A model generated the notes under the pieces. That model searched no databases and was not told where the DNA came from. It saw only the letters and a list, made by a program, of their open reading frames with translations. From NCBI GenBank assembly GCA_016291995.1, contig JAEEZV010000044.1, positions 1 through 50,939 on the forward strand: a DNA stretch of 50,939 bases, in the 5' to 3' direction. The DNA comes from Bacillales bacterium. Its GTDB lineage: Bacteria; Bacillota_I; Bacilli_A; RF39; UBA660. Of the stretch, positions 43,564-50,939 are shown one piece after another (positions within the stretch are counted from its first letter, which is position 1; every line of letters begins with the position of its first letter). The position numbers and the translations under genes were made by a program.

Positions 43564-45492
43564 GTGAAAAAGTTTTTTCATAGTATTAGCGAATTAGTAA
43601 AAGAAAATCCTATTTTTACTTTCTTTGTTGTTGTCAATTTTTTAGATGCAGTTTTAGTTAGACTTACAACTACGGGTACATGTGGAGTAAGAGCATTCTT
43701 TTTTGAACTTGGAACAGTACTATTATTTGGTTCTTTTGGACTAAGAATGAAGAATAAAGAACAGAAAATATATTATGTATTTATGACTATTGTCTTTTTA
43801 TGGTGTGTTGTACCAAATGCAATATATTATAATTTTTATAATTCTTTTGTATCTGTTTCATTTATTGCAACATCAGTATTCGTAGCGGATGTTAAAGATG
43901 CGGTCGTAGATATCGCTATTAGACCAGGAGATTTATTATACTTACTTGTAATACCAGCAATTATTTTTGTGGTTAAGAAATTTAAGGATAAGGAAGAAAA
44001 TAAACAAGGTTTCAAATCTAGTTTAGTGTTATCTCTTGTAATAATTGGAATAGGTTCAGCATTACCACCATATTATTCTTTCAGTAGGTTATTTAAGTTT
44101 TGGAATAGGGTATCAGTGGTTAATAATTTTGGGGTATATATATATCAATTTGATGATATATTTCAAAGCTTAACACCAACAATCAATAATTTCTTTGGTT
44201 ATGATAAGGCATTATCAGATACGAAGAAGTATTATGAAGAAAATACAAATACAAAAGTTATTAATGAATATACCGGTATCTTTGAAGGTAAAAATGTGAT
44301 AGCTATTCATGCAGAAAGTTTGATGTCATTTCTATTAGATATGGAATTTAATGGAAAGAAAGTGGCACCAAATATTAGTAAGATGGCTAGTGAAGGAATA
44401 TACTTTAATAATTTTTATGCTGAAGTAGGGGTAGGAACAAGTAGTGATACGGAGTTTACATATGCGACAGGATTAATGCCGTCAAATAATGGAACTGTTT
44501 TTGTAAATTATTACAATAATAAATTTATGACTATGCAAAGTCTTCTTCATGATAAGGGATATTATGTTTTTAGTATGCATGGTAATGATGGAGATTTTTG
44601 GAATAGAAGATTAATGCATGCGAGCATGGGATATGATAACTTTTATGCAAAGGATTCTTTTGAAATAGATGAAGTATATGGATTAGGATTATCTGACAAA
44701 TCATTCTTTAGACAAGTTGTACCAAAAATTGGTGAAATAAAAGAAGAAATGGGTGAACCATTCTATGGTACATTGATAACTCTTACTAATCATACGCCAT
44801 GGAGAGAAGCAGCAGAATATAGTGATTTTGATTTGACACAGTATGTTGAAGTGGATGGAGAGACTGTTCAATCTACTTATTTAGCTGATAGTATTATTGG
44901 AAAATATATTATGTCTGTCAATTATATGGACGAGGCTATTGGTGAATTTATTAATGATATGGACGCGGCAGGACTTCTTGAAAATACAGTTGTAATTATA
45001 TACGGAGATCATGATGCTAGAGCAGGATATAATCAAACCAATTATTTATATAATTATGATCCAGTTACAGGCAGAGTTAGAACAGAAGAAGATCCTGAAT
45101 ATGTAGAATTTAATGAGTATGATTATGAAATAATGAAAAGAGTACCTTTTATTATCTGGAGTAAGGATAGTGTAAAGAACGTTGTTATCGATAAGCCAAT
45201 GGGTATGATAGATGTTATGCCTACTTTAGGTAATATGTTAAATATTAATAATAAGTATTCATTAGGTAGAGATATAATGAGTGTAAGTAAAGAAGATGCA
45301 ATAGTTGTTTTAAATGATGCATCATTCATTACAGATAAGATATATTATAGTGCTAGAAATGGTGAAGCATATACGATATCTACGGGTATTATACCGGATG
45401 ATTATATTAGTACAAGAAGAGAATATGTGGATAAGATCATTGAAATATCTAATAATATAATATTCTACGATTTACTTAAATATTTAGATTAA
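43564..45492 (+). CDS. LTA synthase (LtaS) family protein, copy 2
   Basis: The architecture matches copy 1, with motifs GTSSDTEFT, LTNHTPW and IYGDHDA. GTG start preceded by AAGGGGA. Confidence 0.8.
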   Translation: MKKFFHSISELVKENPIFTFFVVVNFLDAVLVRLTTTGTCGVRAFFFELGTVLLFGSFGLRMKNKEQKIYYVFMTIVFLWCVVPNAIYYNFYNSFVSVSFIATSVFVADVKDAVVDIAIRPGDLLYLLVIPAIIFVVKKFKDKEENKQGFKSSLVLSLVIIGIGSALPPYYSFSRLFKFWNRVSVVNNFGVYIYQFDDIFQSLTPTINNFFGYDKALSDTKKYYEENTNTKVINEYTGIFEGKNVIAIHAESLMSFLLDMEFNGKKVAPNISKMASEGIYFNNFYAEVGVGTSSDTEFTYATGLMPSNNGTVFVNYYNNKFMTMQSLLHDKGYYVFSMHGNDGDFWNRRLMHASMGYDNFYAKDSFEIDEVYGLGLSDKSFFRQVVPKIGEIKEEMGEPFYGTLITLTNHTPWREAAEYSDFDLTQYVEVDGETVQSTYLADSIIGKYIMSVNYMDEAIGEFINDMDAAGLLENTVVIIYGDHDARAGYNQTNYLYNYDPVTGRVRTEEDPEYVEFNEYDYEIMKRVPFIIWSKDSVKNVVIDKPMGMIDVMPTLGNMLNINNKYSLGRDIMSVSKEDAIVVLNDASFITDKIYYSARNGEAYTISTGIIPDDYISTRREYVDKIIEISNNIIFYDLLKYLD

Positions 45493-45493
45493 G

Positions 45494-45519
45494 ATATCTT
45501 GGAAACAAGATATTTTTTT
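45494..45519 (+). terminator. Intrinsic terminator
   Basis: ATATCTTG-gaaa-CAAGATAT followed by T7. Confidence 0.8.
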
Positions 45520-45578
45520 CTTGCTAAAAATTAAATAATTTGATATATTAGAGGTGCGTTTTGAGGGGATGATTTAGG

Positions 45579-46745
45579 ATGAAATTAAATTCTAATTTAT
45601 ATTCTTTTAGTGATAATACATTTTATAATGTTACGGAAAAAGTAAATAAATATAAAGAAAAGCATCCAGATAATAAAATAATATCACTTGGTGTAGGAGA
45701 TGTATCTAAGCCAGTTGTAAAGTCAATTATTGAAGCAATGCATAAGGCAGTTGATGACCAGGCAAATATGGAAACATTTAAGGGATATGGGGCATATTAT
45801 GGTTATGATTTTTTAAAAGATGTTATATTAGAGAACGAATATAAAGATTTTGGCTTTACAAGAGATGAAATATATATATCTAATGGGACAAAGAGTGACT
45901 CTACGAATATATTAGAATTATTTGATATTGATTCTAAAATATGTGTTAGTGATCCAATGTATCCAATATACATGGCGGGAGCTAAAATACTTAATAGAAA
46001 TATAACATGCTTAGACTGTAATGAAGATAATAATTTTATACCGACTATACCTAAGGAAAAATATGATATTATCTATATATGTTCACCAAGTAATCCAACG
46101 GGTACTTGTTATACATATGATGATTTAGAAAAATGGATTAGGTATGCTAAAGAGAATAAAGCAGTTATCTTATATGACAATGTATATAATGCATTTATTA
46201 GATCTGAGAATGTTCCTAGATCAATATATGAGATTGATGGAGCTAAAGAAGTAGCTATCGAATTTAGAAGTTTTTCTAAGGTAGCTAGTTTTACAGGATT
46301 AAGATGCTCTTATTATATTATTCCAAATGAAATAGATAAAGATATTAATTATTATTGGAAGAATAGAACTATAAATAGATTTAATGGAGCAGATTATATT
46401 GTTCAGAAGGGTGCTATGGAAGTATATTCTGATAGCGCAAAAAAAGAAATAAAGAAAAATATTGATGATTATCTTGAAGGTGCTAAGAAATTAAGAAGAG
46501 TATTTGAAAATAATGGATATAGTGTATATGGAGGAATTGATTCACCATTCCTTTGGATAAAGACAAAGGATGGAATGGATTCTTGGGAATTCTTTGATTT
46601 CTTTTTAGAAAAATTAAATATTATAATTATTCCAGGAATTATATTTGGAAGTAATGGGGATAAGTATTTTAGAGTATCAGCACTAGCATCTAAAGGTGTT
46701 ATAGATGAAGCAATAGAAAGGATAAACAAGTATTATGAAAAATAA
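45579..46745 (+). CDS. dapL: LL-diaminopimelate aminotransferase (DapL-type class I aminotransferase)
   Basis: N-terminal ...HPDNKIISLGVGDVSKPV, SNGTKSD, and PLP-lysine context RSFSKVASFTGLRCSY, all typical of DapL. Confidence 0.75.
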   Translation: MKLNSNLYSFSDNTFYNVTEKVNKYKEKHPDNKIISLGVGDVSKPVVKSIIEAMHKAVDDQANMETFKGYGAYYGYDFLKDVILENEYKDFGFTRDEIYISNGTKSDSTNILELFDIDSKICVSDPMYPIYMAGAKILNRNITCLDCNEDNNFIPTIPKEKYDIIYICSPSNPTGTCYTYDDLEKWIRYAKENKAVILYDNVYNAFIRSENVPRSIYEIDGAKEVAIEFRSFSKVASFTGLRCSYYIIPNEIDKDINYYWKNRTINRFNGADYIVQKGAMEVYSDSAKKEIKKNIDDYLEGAKKLRRVFENNGYSVYGGIDSPFLWIKTKDGMDSWEFFDFFLEKLNIIIIPGIIFGSNGDKYFRVSALASKGVIDEAIERINKYYEK

Positions 46746-47901
46746 AAAATATAGTGGGCTTATAATGATAGCTTCAATACTTTTAGCAATAGTATGTGGA
46801 CTTTTATTACCAAAACTTGTTAATAGTTTATCATTTATCGGAGCAATATACCTAAATGTTTTAAAGTTAATGGTTGTACCACTAATATTTACAACAGTAA
46901 TGGTATCAGTATATAATTTTAAGAAATTGGATTCTAAAAAGCTATTTAAGACGATACTAGTATTTGTTTTAATGTTTACGGTATCTTTCTTAATAACTAG
47001 CGGAATAGTTTGTTTGATTAGACTTGGAGAGAATTTCATATTTGATACAGTTAGTTGGAATGGAGAAGTAGCTAATTTAGAATTTGGACAAATACTTACT
47101 AATATGTTTCCAAGTAATTTGAGTGATTTGTTTCAGACGAAGTCAATGTTTGCTTGTCTAATAATTTCATTTCTTTTTGGTAGTTTATGCCTAAAAGTAA
47201 AAAATGGAGATGCTGTTATTAAAGTTGTAGATGGTCTTAAAGAGATATTGTATAAATTATTAGATATAGTAATGTTATTTACACCACTAGCAGTATTTTC
47301 TTTATTAGGAAGTGCTATTGCCAATTATAAGGTAATAATATTAGAATATGGATTAAAATATATTGGAGTAGCTTATCTATCTTCATTAGTAGTATTAATT
47401 CTGGTAATGATATTACCAGCTTGGTTATTAGGAAAAGTTAATCCAATAGAGTATATTAAAAAGATAGTAAAGGTTTGGGTTATTTCACTATCAACATGTT
47501 CATCAGCAGCAACATTACCTACGACAATGAAGGTATGTAAGGAAGACTTTAAGATTAGTGATAATGTTACCGATATGGTATGTCCTTTAGGTTCGACAAT
47601 TAATATGTGTGGTGGAGCGGTAGCATTTGCACTACTTGGAATATTTTCAATGGAACTATATGGAATAGAGATGACATTACCAATGTATCTACTAATGCTT
47701 GTTAGTGCGACACTTATTAATATGGGAGCTCCAGGGATACCTGGTGGGGGAATTGTCATTGGGGCAACATATTTATCGATGTTCAATATACCGCTTGCTT
47801 TTATAGGATTTTATAGTGGAATATACAAGATATTAGATATGGTTTACACTACTGTAAATGTTACTGGAGATGTAACAGCAAGTATTATTATTGATAACTA
47901 A
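46735..47901 (+). CDS. Dicarboxylate/amino acid:cation symporter (DAACS family), paralog 2
   Basis: Multi-pass protein with CSSAATLP, PGIPGGG and VTGD motifs. It overlaps dapL by 11 nt. Confidence 0.8.
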   Translation: MKNKKYSGLIMIASILLAIVCGLLLPKLVNSLSFIGAIYLNVLKLMVVPLIFTTVMVSVYNFKKLDSKKLFKTILVFVLMFTVSFLITSGIVCLIRLGENFIFDTVSWNGEVANLEFGQILTNMFPSNLSDLFQTKSMFACLIISFLFGSLCLKVKNGDAVIKVVDGLKEILYKLLDIVMLFTPLAVFSLLGSAIANYKVIILEYGLKYIGVAYLSSLVVLILVMILPAWLLGKVNPIEYIKKIVKVWVISLSTCSSAATLPTTMKVCKEDFKISDNVTDMVCPLGSTINMCGGAVAFALLGIFSMELYGIEMTLPMYLLMLVSATLINMGAPGIPGGGIVIGATYLSMFNIPLAFIGFYSGIYKILDMVYTTVNVTGDVTASIIIDN

Positions 47902-47910
47902 ATATTAAGA

Positions 47911-47937
47911 AAACTATATAATATATAGTTTTTTTTA
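47911..47937 (+). terminator. Intrinsic terminator
   Basis: AAACTATAT-aat-ATATAGTTT followed by a T-run. Confidence 0.7.
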
Positions 47938-47999
47938 ATATTTGAATAAATTTATATGCATATATTTAAAAAATGCATGGTGGATAGTGCAGAATTTTG

Positions 48000-48013
48000 C
48001 AAACAATTGTTTG
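48000..48013. promoter_or_regulatory. Perfect 14-bp palindrome immediately upstream of the recA -35 box (candidate operator)
   Basis: CAAACAATTGTTTG, that is AAAC-N4-GTTT. It lies one transition per half-site away from the Bacillota LexA (Cheo) core GAAC-N4-GTTC, and ends 9 bp before the -35 hexamer. Confidence 0.4.
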
Positions 48014-48022
48014 TAAAAAGTA

Positions 48023-48051
48023 TTGACAAATAAAAAAAAGCATTATATAAT
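48023..48051 (+). promoter_or_regulatory. recA promoter
   Basis: Consensus TTGACA, 17 bp, TATAAT, followed by AAGGGAGGA and the ATG at 48079. Confidence 0.7.
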
Positions 48052-48078
48052 TAGAATGTACTGATAAGGGAGGATATA

Positions 48079-49095
48079 ATGAGCAAAACAGTAGAAAAAG
48101 ACAAAGCCTTAGAACAAGTATTAGCTGATATTGAAAAGCAATTTGGTAAGGGCGCAATTATGAAATTAGGGGATCAAAAGAAAATGGAAATAGATGTGGT
48201 ATCCAGTGGATCTATTTCCTTAGATATAGCTCTTGGGGTAGGTGGTTATCCTAAGGGAAGAATAATTGAAATATATGGACCAGAATCATCTGGAAAGACG
48301 ACATTTGCATTACATGCAATTGCGGAAGTACAGAAGACTGGTGGAAGAGCGGCATTTATCGATGCGGAACATTCACTAGATCCAGTATATGCGGGTAATT
48401 TAGGAGTTAATATCGATGAGTTATTACTTAGCCAACCTGATACAGGTGAACAAGCACTAGAAATATGTGATGCACTTGTTAAGAGCGAGGCAGTAAATAT
48501 TATCGTTATCGATTCAGTAGCAGCACTTGTGCCACAAGCTGAAATTGATGGTGAGATGGGTGACTCTCATGTGGGCCTTCAAGCAAGACTTATGTCACAA
48601 GCTTTAAGAAAATTATCTGGATCTATCAATAAGACACAAACTATTGTGATATTTATTAATCAATTACGTGAGAAAGTAGGAGTTATGTTTGGTAATCCTG
48701 AGACAACTCCTGGCGGAAAGGCTCTTAAATATTATTCATCTGTAAGACTAGATATTAGAAGAGGTGAACAAATTAAAAATGGAGCAGATGTAATTGGAAA
48801 TAGAACAGTTATTAAAGTTGTTAAGAATAAAGTTGCTCCACCATTTAAAACAGCAGCTGTAGACATTATGTATGGTGAAGGAATAAGTCAAACTGGTGAA
48901 CTTGTCGATTTAGCGGCAGATGCAAATATAATTGAGAAGAGTGGAGCTTGGTATTCATACAAGGGTGAAAAACTTGCTCAAGGTAGAGAAAATGCTAAAC
49001 TTTTATTTAAGAGCAATAAAGATTTTAGAAATGAAATTGAAGCATTAGTGCGTGAACATTATGGAATAGGTAATAAGAAAAAAACTTCAGAGTAA
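48079..49095 (+). CDS. recA: Recombinase RecA
   Basis: GPESSGKTT Walker [23 protein letters not shown], and the L2 loop region [15 protein letters not shown]. Confidence 0.97.
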   Translation: MSKTVEKDKALEQVLADIEKQFGKGAIMKLGDQKKMEIDVVSSGSISLDIALGVGGYPKGRIIEIYGPESSGKTTFALHAIAEVQKTGGRAAFIDAEHSLDPVYAGNLGVNIDELLLSQPDTGEQALEICDALVKSEAVNIIVIDSVAALVPQAEIDGEMGDSHVGLQARLMSQALRKLSGSINKTQTIVIFINQLREKVGVMFGNPETTPGGKALKYYSSVRLDIRRGEQIKNGADVIGNRTVIKVVKNKVAPPFKTAAVDIMYGEGISQTGELVDLAADANIIEKSGAWYSYKGEKLAQGRENAKLLFKSNKDFRNEIEALVREHYGIGNKKKTSE

Positions 49096-49112
49096 TCTGA
49101 AGTTTTTATTTT
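49081..49112. terminator. Bidirectional terminator between recA and the convergent gene
   Basis: AAAACTTCAGA-gtaa-TCTGAAGTTTTT. The recA stop codon is in the loop. Confidence 0.8.
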
Positions 49113-50137
49113 AATAATCCAAAACCGGTAACAACATATCTACCGCCTTGTCTTTTGGCAATGGCTGGTGGGTTATTGTATAATTTACCTTCGACAGCTA
49201 AGCTTGATGAATGTCCACCATCTAGGTTAGCAGCATTATAGGCACCATACTTTTGTAATGTTTCAACGACATCACTTAAAGATGCACCATCGATATAGTT
49301 TTCACCATCGATAACTAAGAACAATACAACACCATCTTTTCTTTGACCGATAGCTACTCTTGGAGATTTACCCCATGGATCTCCGACTATTTCAATTGGA
49401 GTACCATTAACAATTAAGAATGGACCAAATTCTAATCCTGAAACCATACCAGCAGCTAAGGCTTCTTCACCAGTTGCTTGGGATAATAGTAATAGTTTAC
49501 CTTCTTCGTTGAAACCAATTAAATCACCACGTTGTTCACTGTAGCCGGTTGCGGGCCAAGCAATTTCACCCTTATCGATAACATAGCCAAGTGGTCTATC
49601 AGAACCTGTTCCTGTTGGATCTTCAAAGCCACCACCATTGATACAAACTGATGCGTTGTATCTTTTACACATTGTTGTTACTTGTTCACCATATCGACCG
49701 ACATTAAATTTTTGTGATCTAATTAAAGTTACTTTTTCAGGCTTATAAATAGCTACAAGATAACCTTTAGAAATACCTACTTTAAGATTTATAATTTTAT
49801 AATCATCATTACCTGGATCACGTGTTAATACTTCTTCATCATATGGATTATCATATTTATCTTTTGGTTTGGTATCGATGATGATATCATCTAAGACAAC
49901 TTCTTCAGTAATTTCTACGAAGTAGTTACTTGACATTATTTTATCAATAGTTTCTTGACTATAGAAAATTCTAGCAAAATATTTATGACTCATTGTTTTC
50001 ATAGCTGTGGTAACATAGAAGTTTCTTACGGCATCCCAAGGACCATACATCATGACAAAGCCAGCGATGCCTAGTAAGTCTAAAACGATACAGATAATAG
50101 TCAATTTTTTTATTTTTCTCTTTTTAATTTTACTCAT
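49106..50137 (-). CDS. Phosphodiester glycosidase family protein (DUF2233), membrane-anchored
   Basis: N-terminal Lys-rich region plus a TM segment. CINGGGFEDP and the C-terminal AANLDGGHSSSL are characteristic of DUF2233. The start is set at MSKIKK (50137), preceded by GGAG and 4 nt after the upstream stop. Confidence 0.7.
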   Translation of the reverse strand: MSKIKKRKIKKLTIICIVLDLLGIAGFVMMYGPWDAVRNFYVTTAMKTMSHKYFARIFYSQETIDKIMSSNYFVEITEEVVLDDIIIDTKPKDKYDNPYDEEVLTRDPGNDDYKIINLKVGISKGYLVAIYKPEKVTLIRSQKFNVGRYGEQVTTMCKRYNASVCINGGGFEDPTGTGSDRPLGYVIDKGEIAWPATGYSEQRGDLIGFNEEGKLLLLSQATGEEALAAGMVSGLEFGPFLIVNGTPIEIVGDPWGKSPRVAIGQRKDGVVLFLVIDGENYIDGASLSDVVETLQKYGAYNAANLDGGHSSSLAVEGKLYNNPPAIAKRQGGRYVVTGFGLLK

Positions 50138-50141
50138 AGCA

Positions 50142-50939
50142 TTACTCCATTTCAAATGGACTATCTTTAGTACCATTTCCTTTAGTTAATAATTCTTTAT
50201 CTAAACTAATTGTTGGAACAACATAAACAGATGAGGAGATAGATTTAGCAAATAATTTTTTGTTATCAGTTATGGAATATACCATACCACCTTTATTGCT
50301 AGTACCAGTTGTCGTAAAATAATTTCCTAAATCTGGGTTAACAATAATATCTCCGATACTCATAAGTGTTACTTTTGTTTCAATAGTTGATTTAAGAGCA
50401 GTTGTATAATCCCAATCTGAACTACTACTGTAGTAACCATTAGACCAACTTAATTCTTGTATTTTATCTTTATATGATAAGCTATTTAGAAAATCATGAT
50501 TTAAGTAGTAAGCAATGCTACCATATTTTGTATCATCATGATATGAACTTGACTTTGAATAGATATATTTTAAATTCTCACCATTAACTTTTAAGTAATC
50601 ATTTAAGACTAGTCTTACATCTTTATCATTTATTTGATATATACGCCAGATATCTTCACCTAGTTTTACATAACTACCAAATAAACCACTTTTATCTTCA
50701 ATCATATAAGGCTTAGTTTTAGAACCATCACCACTTACATAATCAATGTTTGCCTTGATTGTGACAACTGGTCTAATACCGATAATATCATTACCACTAG
50801 TAAGGGAAGTAGTACCGCTATCGGTAACATACCATGCTTGGCTTTTACTATTAGTATTATTTAGATAGTAATATTCTTTATTATTTAAATAACTATCTTT
50901 TGATCCAATATTTAAGTAATCAATGACAGATAGTAATGA
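50142..50939 (-). CDS. Surface protein with two DUF6273-like modules; 5' end lies outside the window
   Basis: The frame stays open to base 50939, so the track start at 50705 is an internal Met. Upstream it reads ...GIRPVVTIKANIDYVSGDGSKTKPYMIEDK. The second module reads WRIYQINDKDVRLVLNDYL...YYLNHDFLNSL...VYVVPTISLDKELLTKGNGTKDSPFEM. Confidence 0.55.
   Translation of the reverse strand, partial: SLLSVIDYLNIGSKDSYLNNKEYYYLNNTNSKSQAWYVTDSGTTSLTSGNDIIGIRPVVTIKANIDYVSGDGSKTKPYMIEDKSGLFGSYVKLGEDIWRIYQINDKDVRLVLNDYLKVNGENLKYIYSKSSSYHDDTKYGSIAYYLNHDFLNSLSYKDKIQELSWSNGYYSSSSDWDYTTALKSTIETKVTLMSIGDIIVNPDLGNYFTTTGTSNKGGMVYSITDNKKLFAKSISSSVYVVPTISLDKELLTKGNGTKDSPFEME

Noticed and set aside
48053-48063. 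Shared heptamer AATGTAC in the recA leader (AGAATGTACTG) and the dinD leader (28683-28693, GTAAATGTACC), considered as a possible common SOS-type site.
   Set aside because: Neither copy is palindromic. A 7-mer match between two AT-rich leaders of about 100 bp is expected by chance.
47966-48157. 63-aa minus-strand ORF across the recA promoter and start.
   Set aside because: It overlaps the recA promoter, RBS and first codons in antisense and has no RBS. The recA assignment is unambiguous.
1-50939. A search by eye for CRISPR arrays, tRNA or rRNA genes, IS elements, integrases, riboswitch or T-box leaders, and code-4 (UGA=Trp) usage.
   Set aside because: - No direct-repeat/spacer periodicity was seen.
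- No cloverleaf-like GC-rich 70-90-nt islands were seen in the intergenic regions.
- No transposase or recombinase motifs were seen.
- Apart from 38183-38646, 36749-37115 (filled by rnpB) and 47902-48078 (the recA promoter region), intergenic gaps are under about 120 bp, which is too short for riboswitches.
- UGA terminates well-conserved genes, for example ylxM.

Overview
This is an AT-rich chromosomal segment that uses the standard genetic code (UGA acts as a stop, for example at the end of ylxM). Gene content and style look like a low-GC Bacillota, possibly an Erysipelotrichia-like gut organism; that taxon is inference only. I call about 53 protein genes, mostly on the + strand, and one RNase P RNA. 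I saw no rRNA, tRNA, CRISPR array, transposase or integrase.

The housekeeping backbone is an ABC importer, mutS, cdsA-rseP, cca, ftsY-ylxM, rimM-trmD, a NifS/thioredoxin operon, gpsB-rnpB-rodZ-pgsA, and recA. Two blocks that are syntenic in Bacillus-type genomes are each split by envelope-related cargo:
- Between ylxM and rimM, where ffh-rpsP normally sit, there is a small membrane ORF, a stand-alone Clp-D1-like AAA+ gene, a tightly coupled murE / Alr-type racemase / ATP-grasp ligase / asnB operon, a second murE paralog, a LemA/DUF45/DUF2207 triad, dinD, and a SpoU methyltransferase.
- Between pgsA and recA, where cinA normally sits, there is about 9.8 kb. It carries an unannotated small-peptide/antisense-RNA locus, a protein with a TasA-type signal and a lectin-like C-terminus, a second membrane-anchored amidase, two tandem LtaS-like genes, and an overlapping dapL/symporter pair.

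The most novel-looking signal is the 460-bp gap at 38183-38646, which the ORF track shows as empty. I read it as a candidate type I toxin-antitoxin module. It has a 30-aa hydrophobic peptide gene with a strong SD, enclosed by a roughly 30-bp 5'/3' helix whose only substitutions are G-U-compatible on the + strand. A convergent promoter and an intrinsic terminator on the - strand define an antisense RNA of about 107 nt.

All family assignments come from motif recognition by eye. No database search was run.
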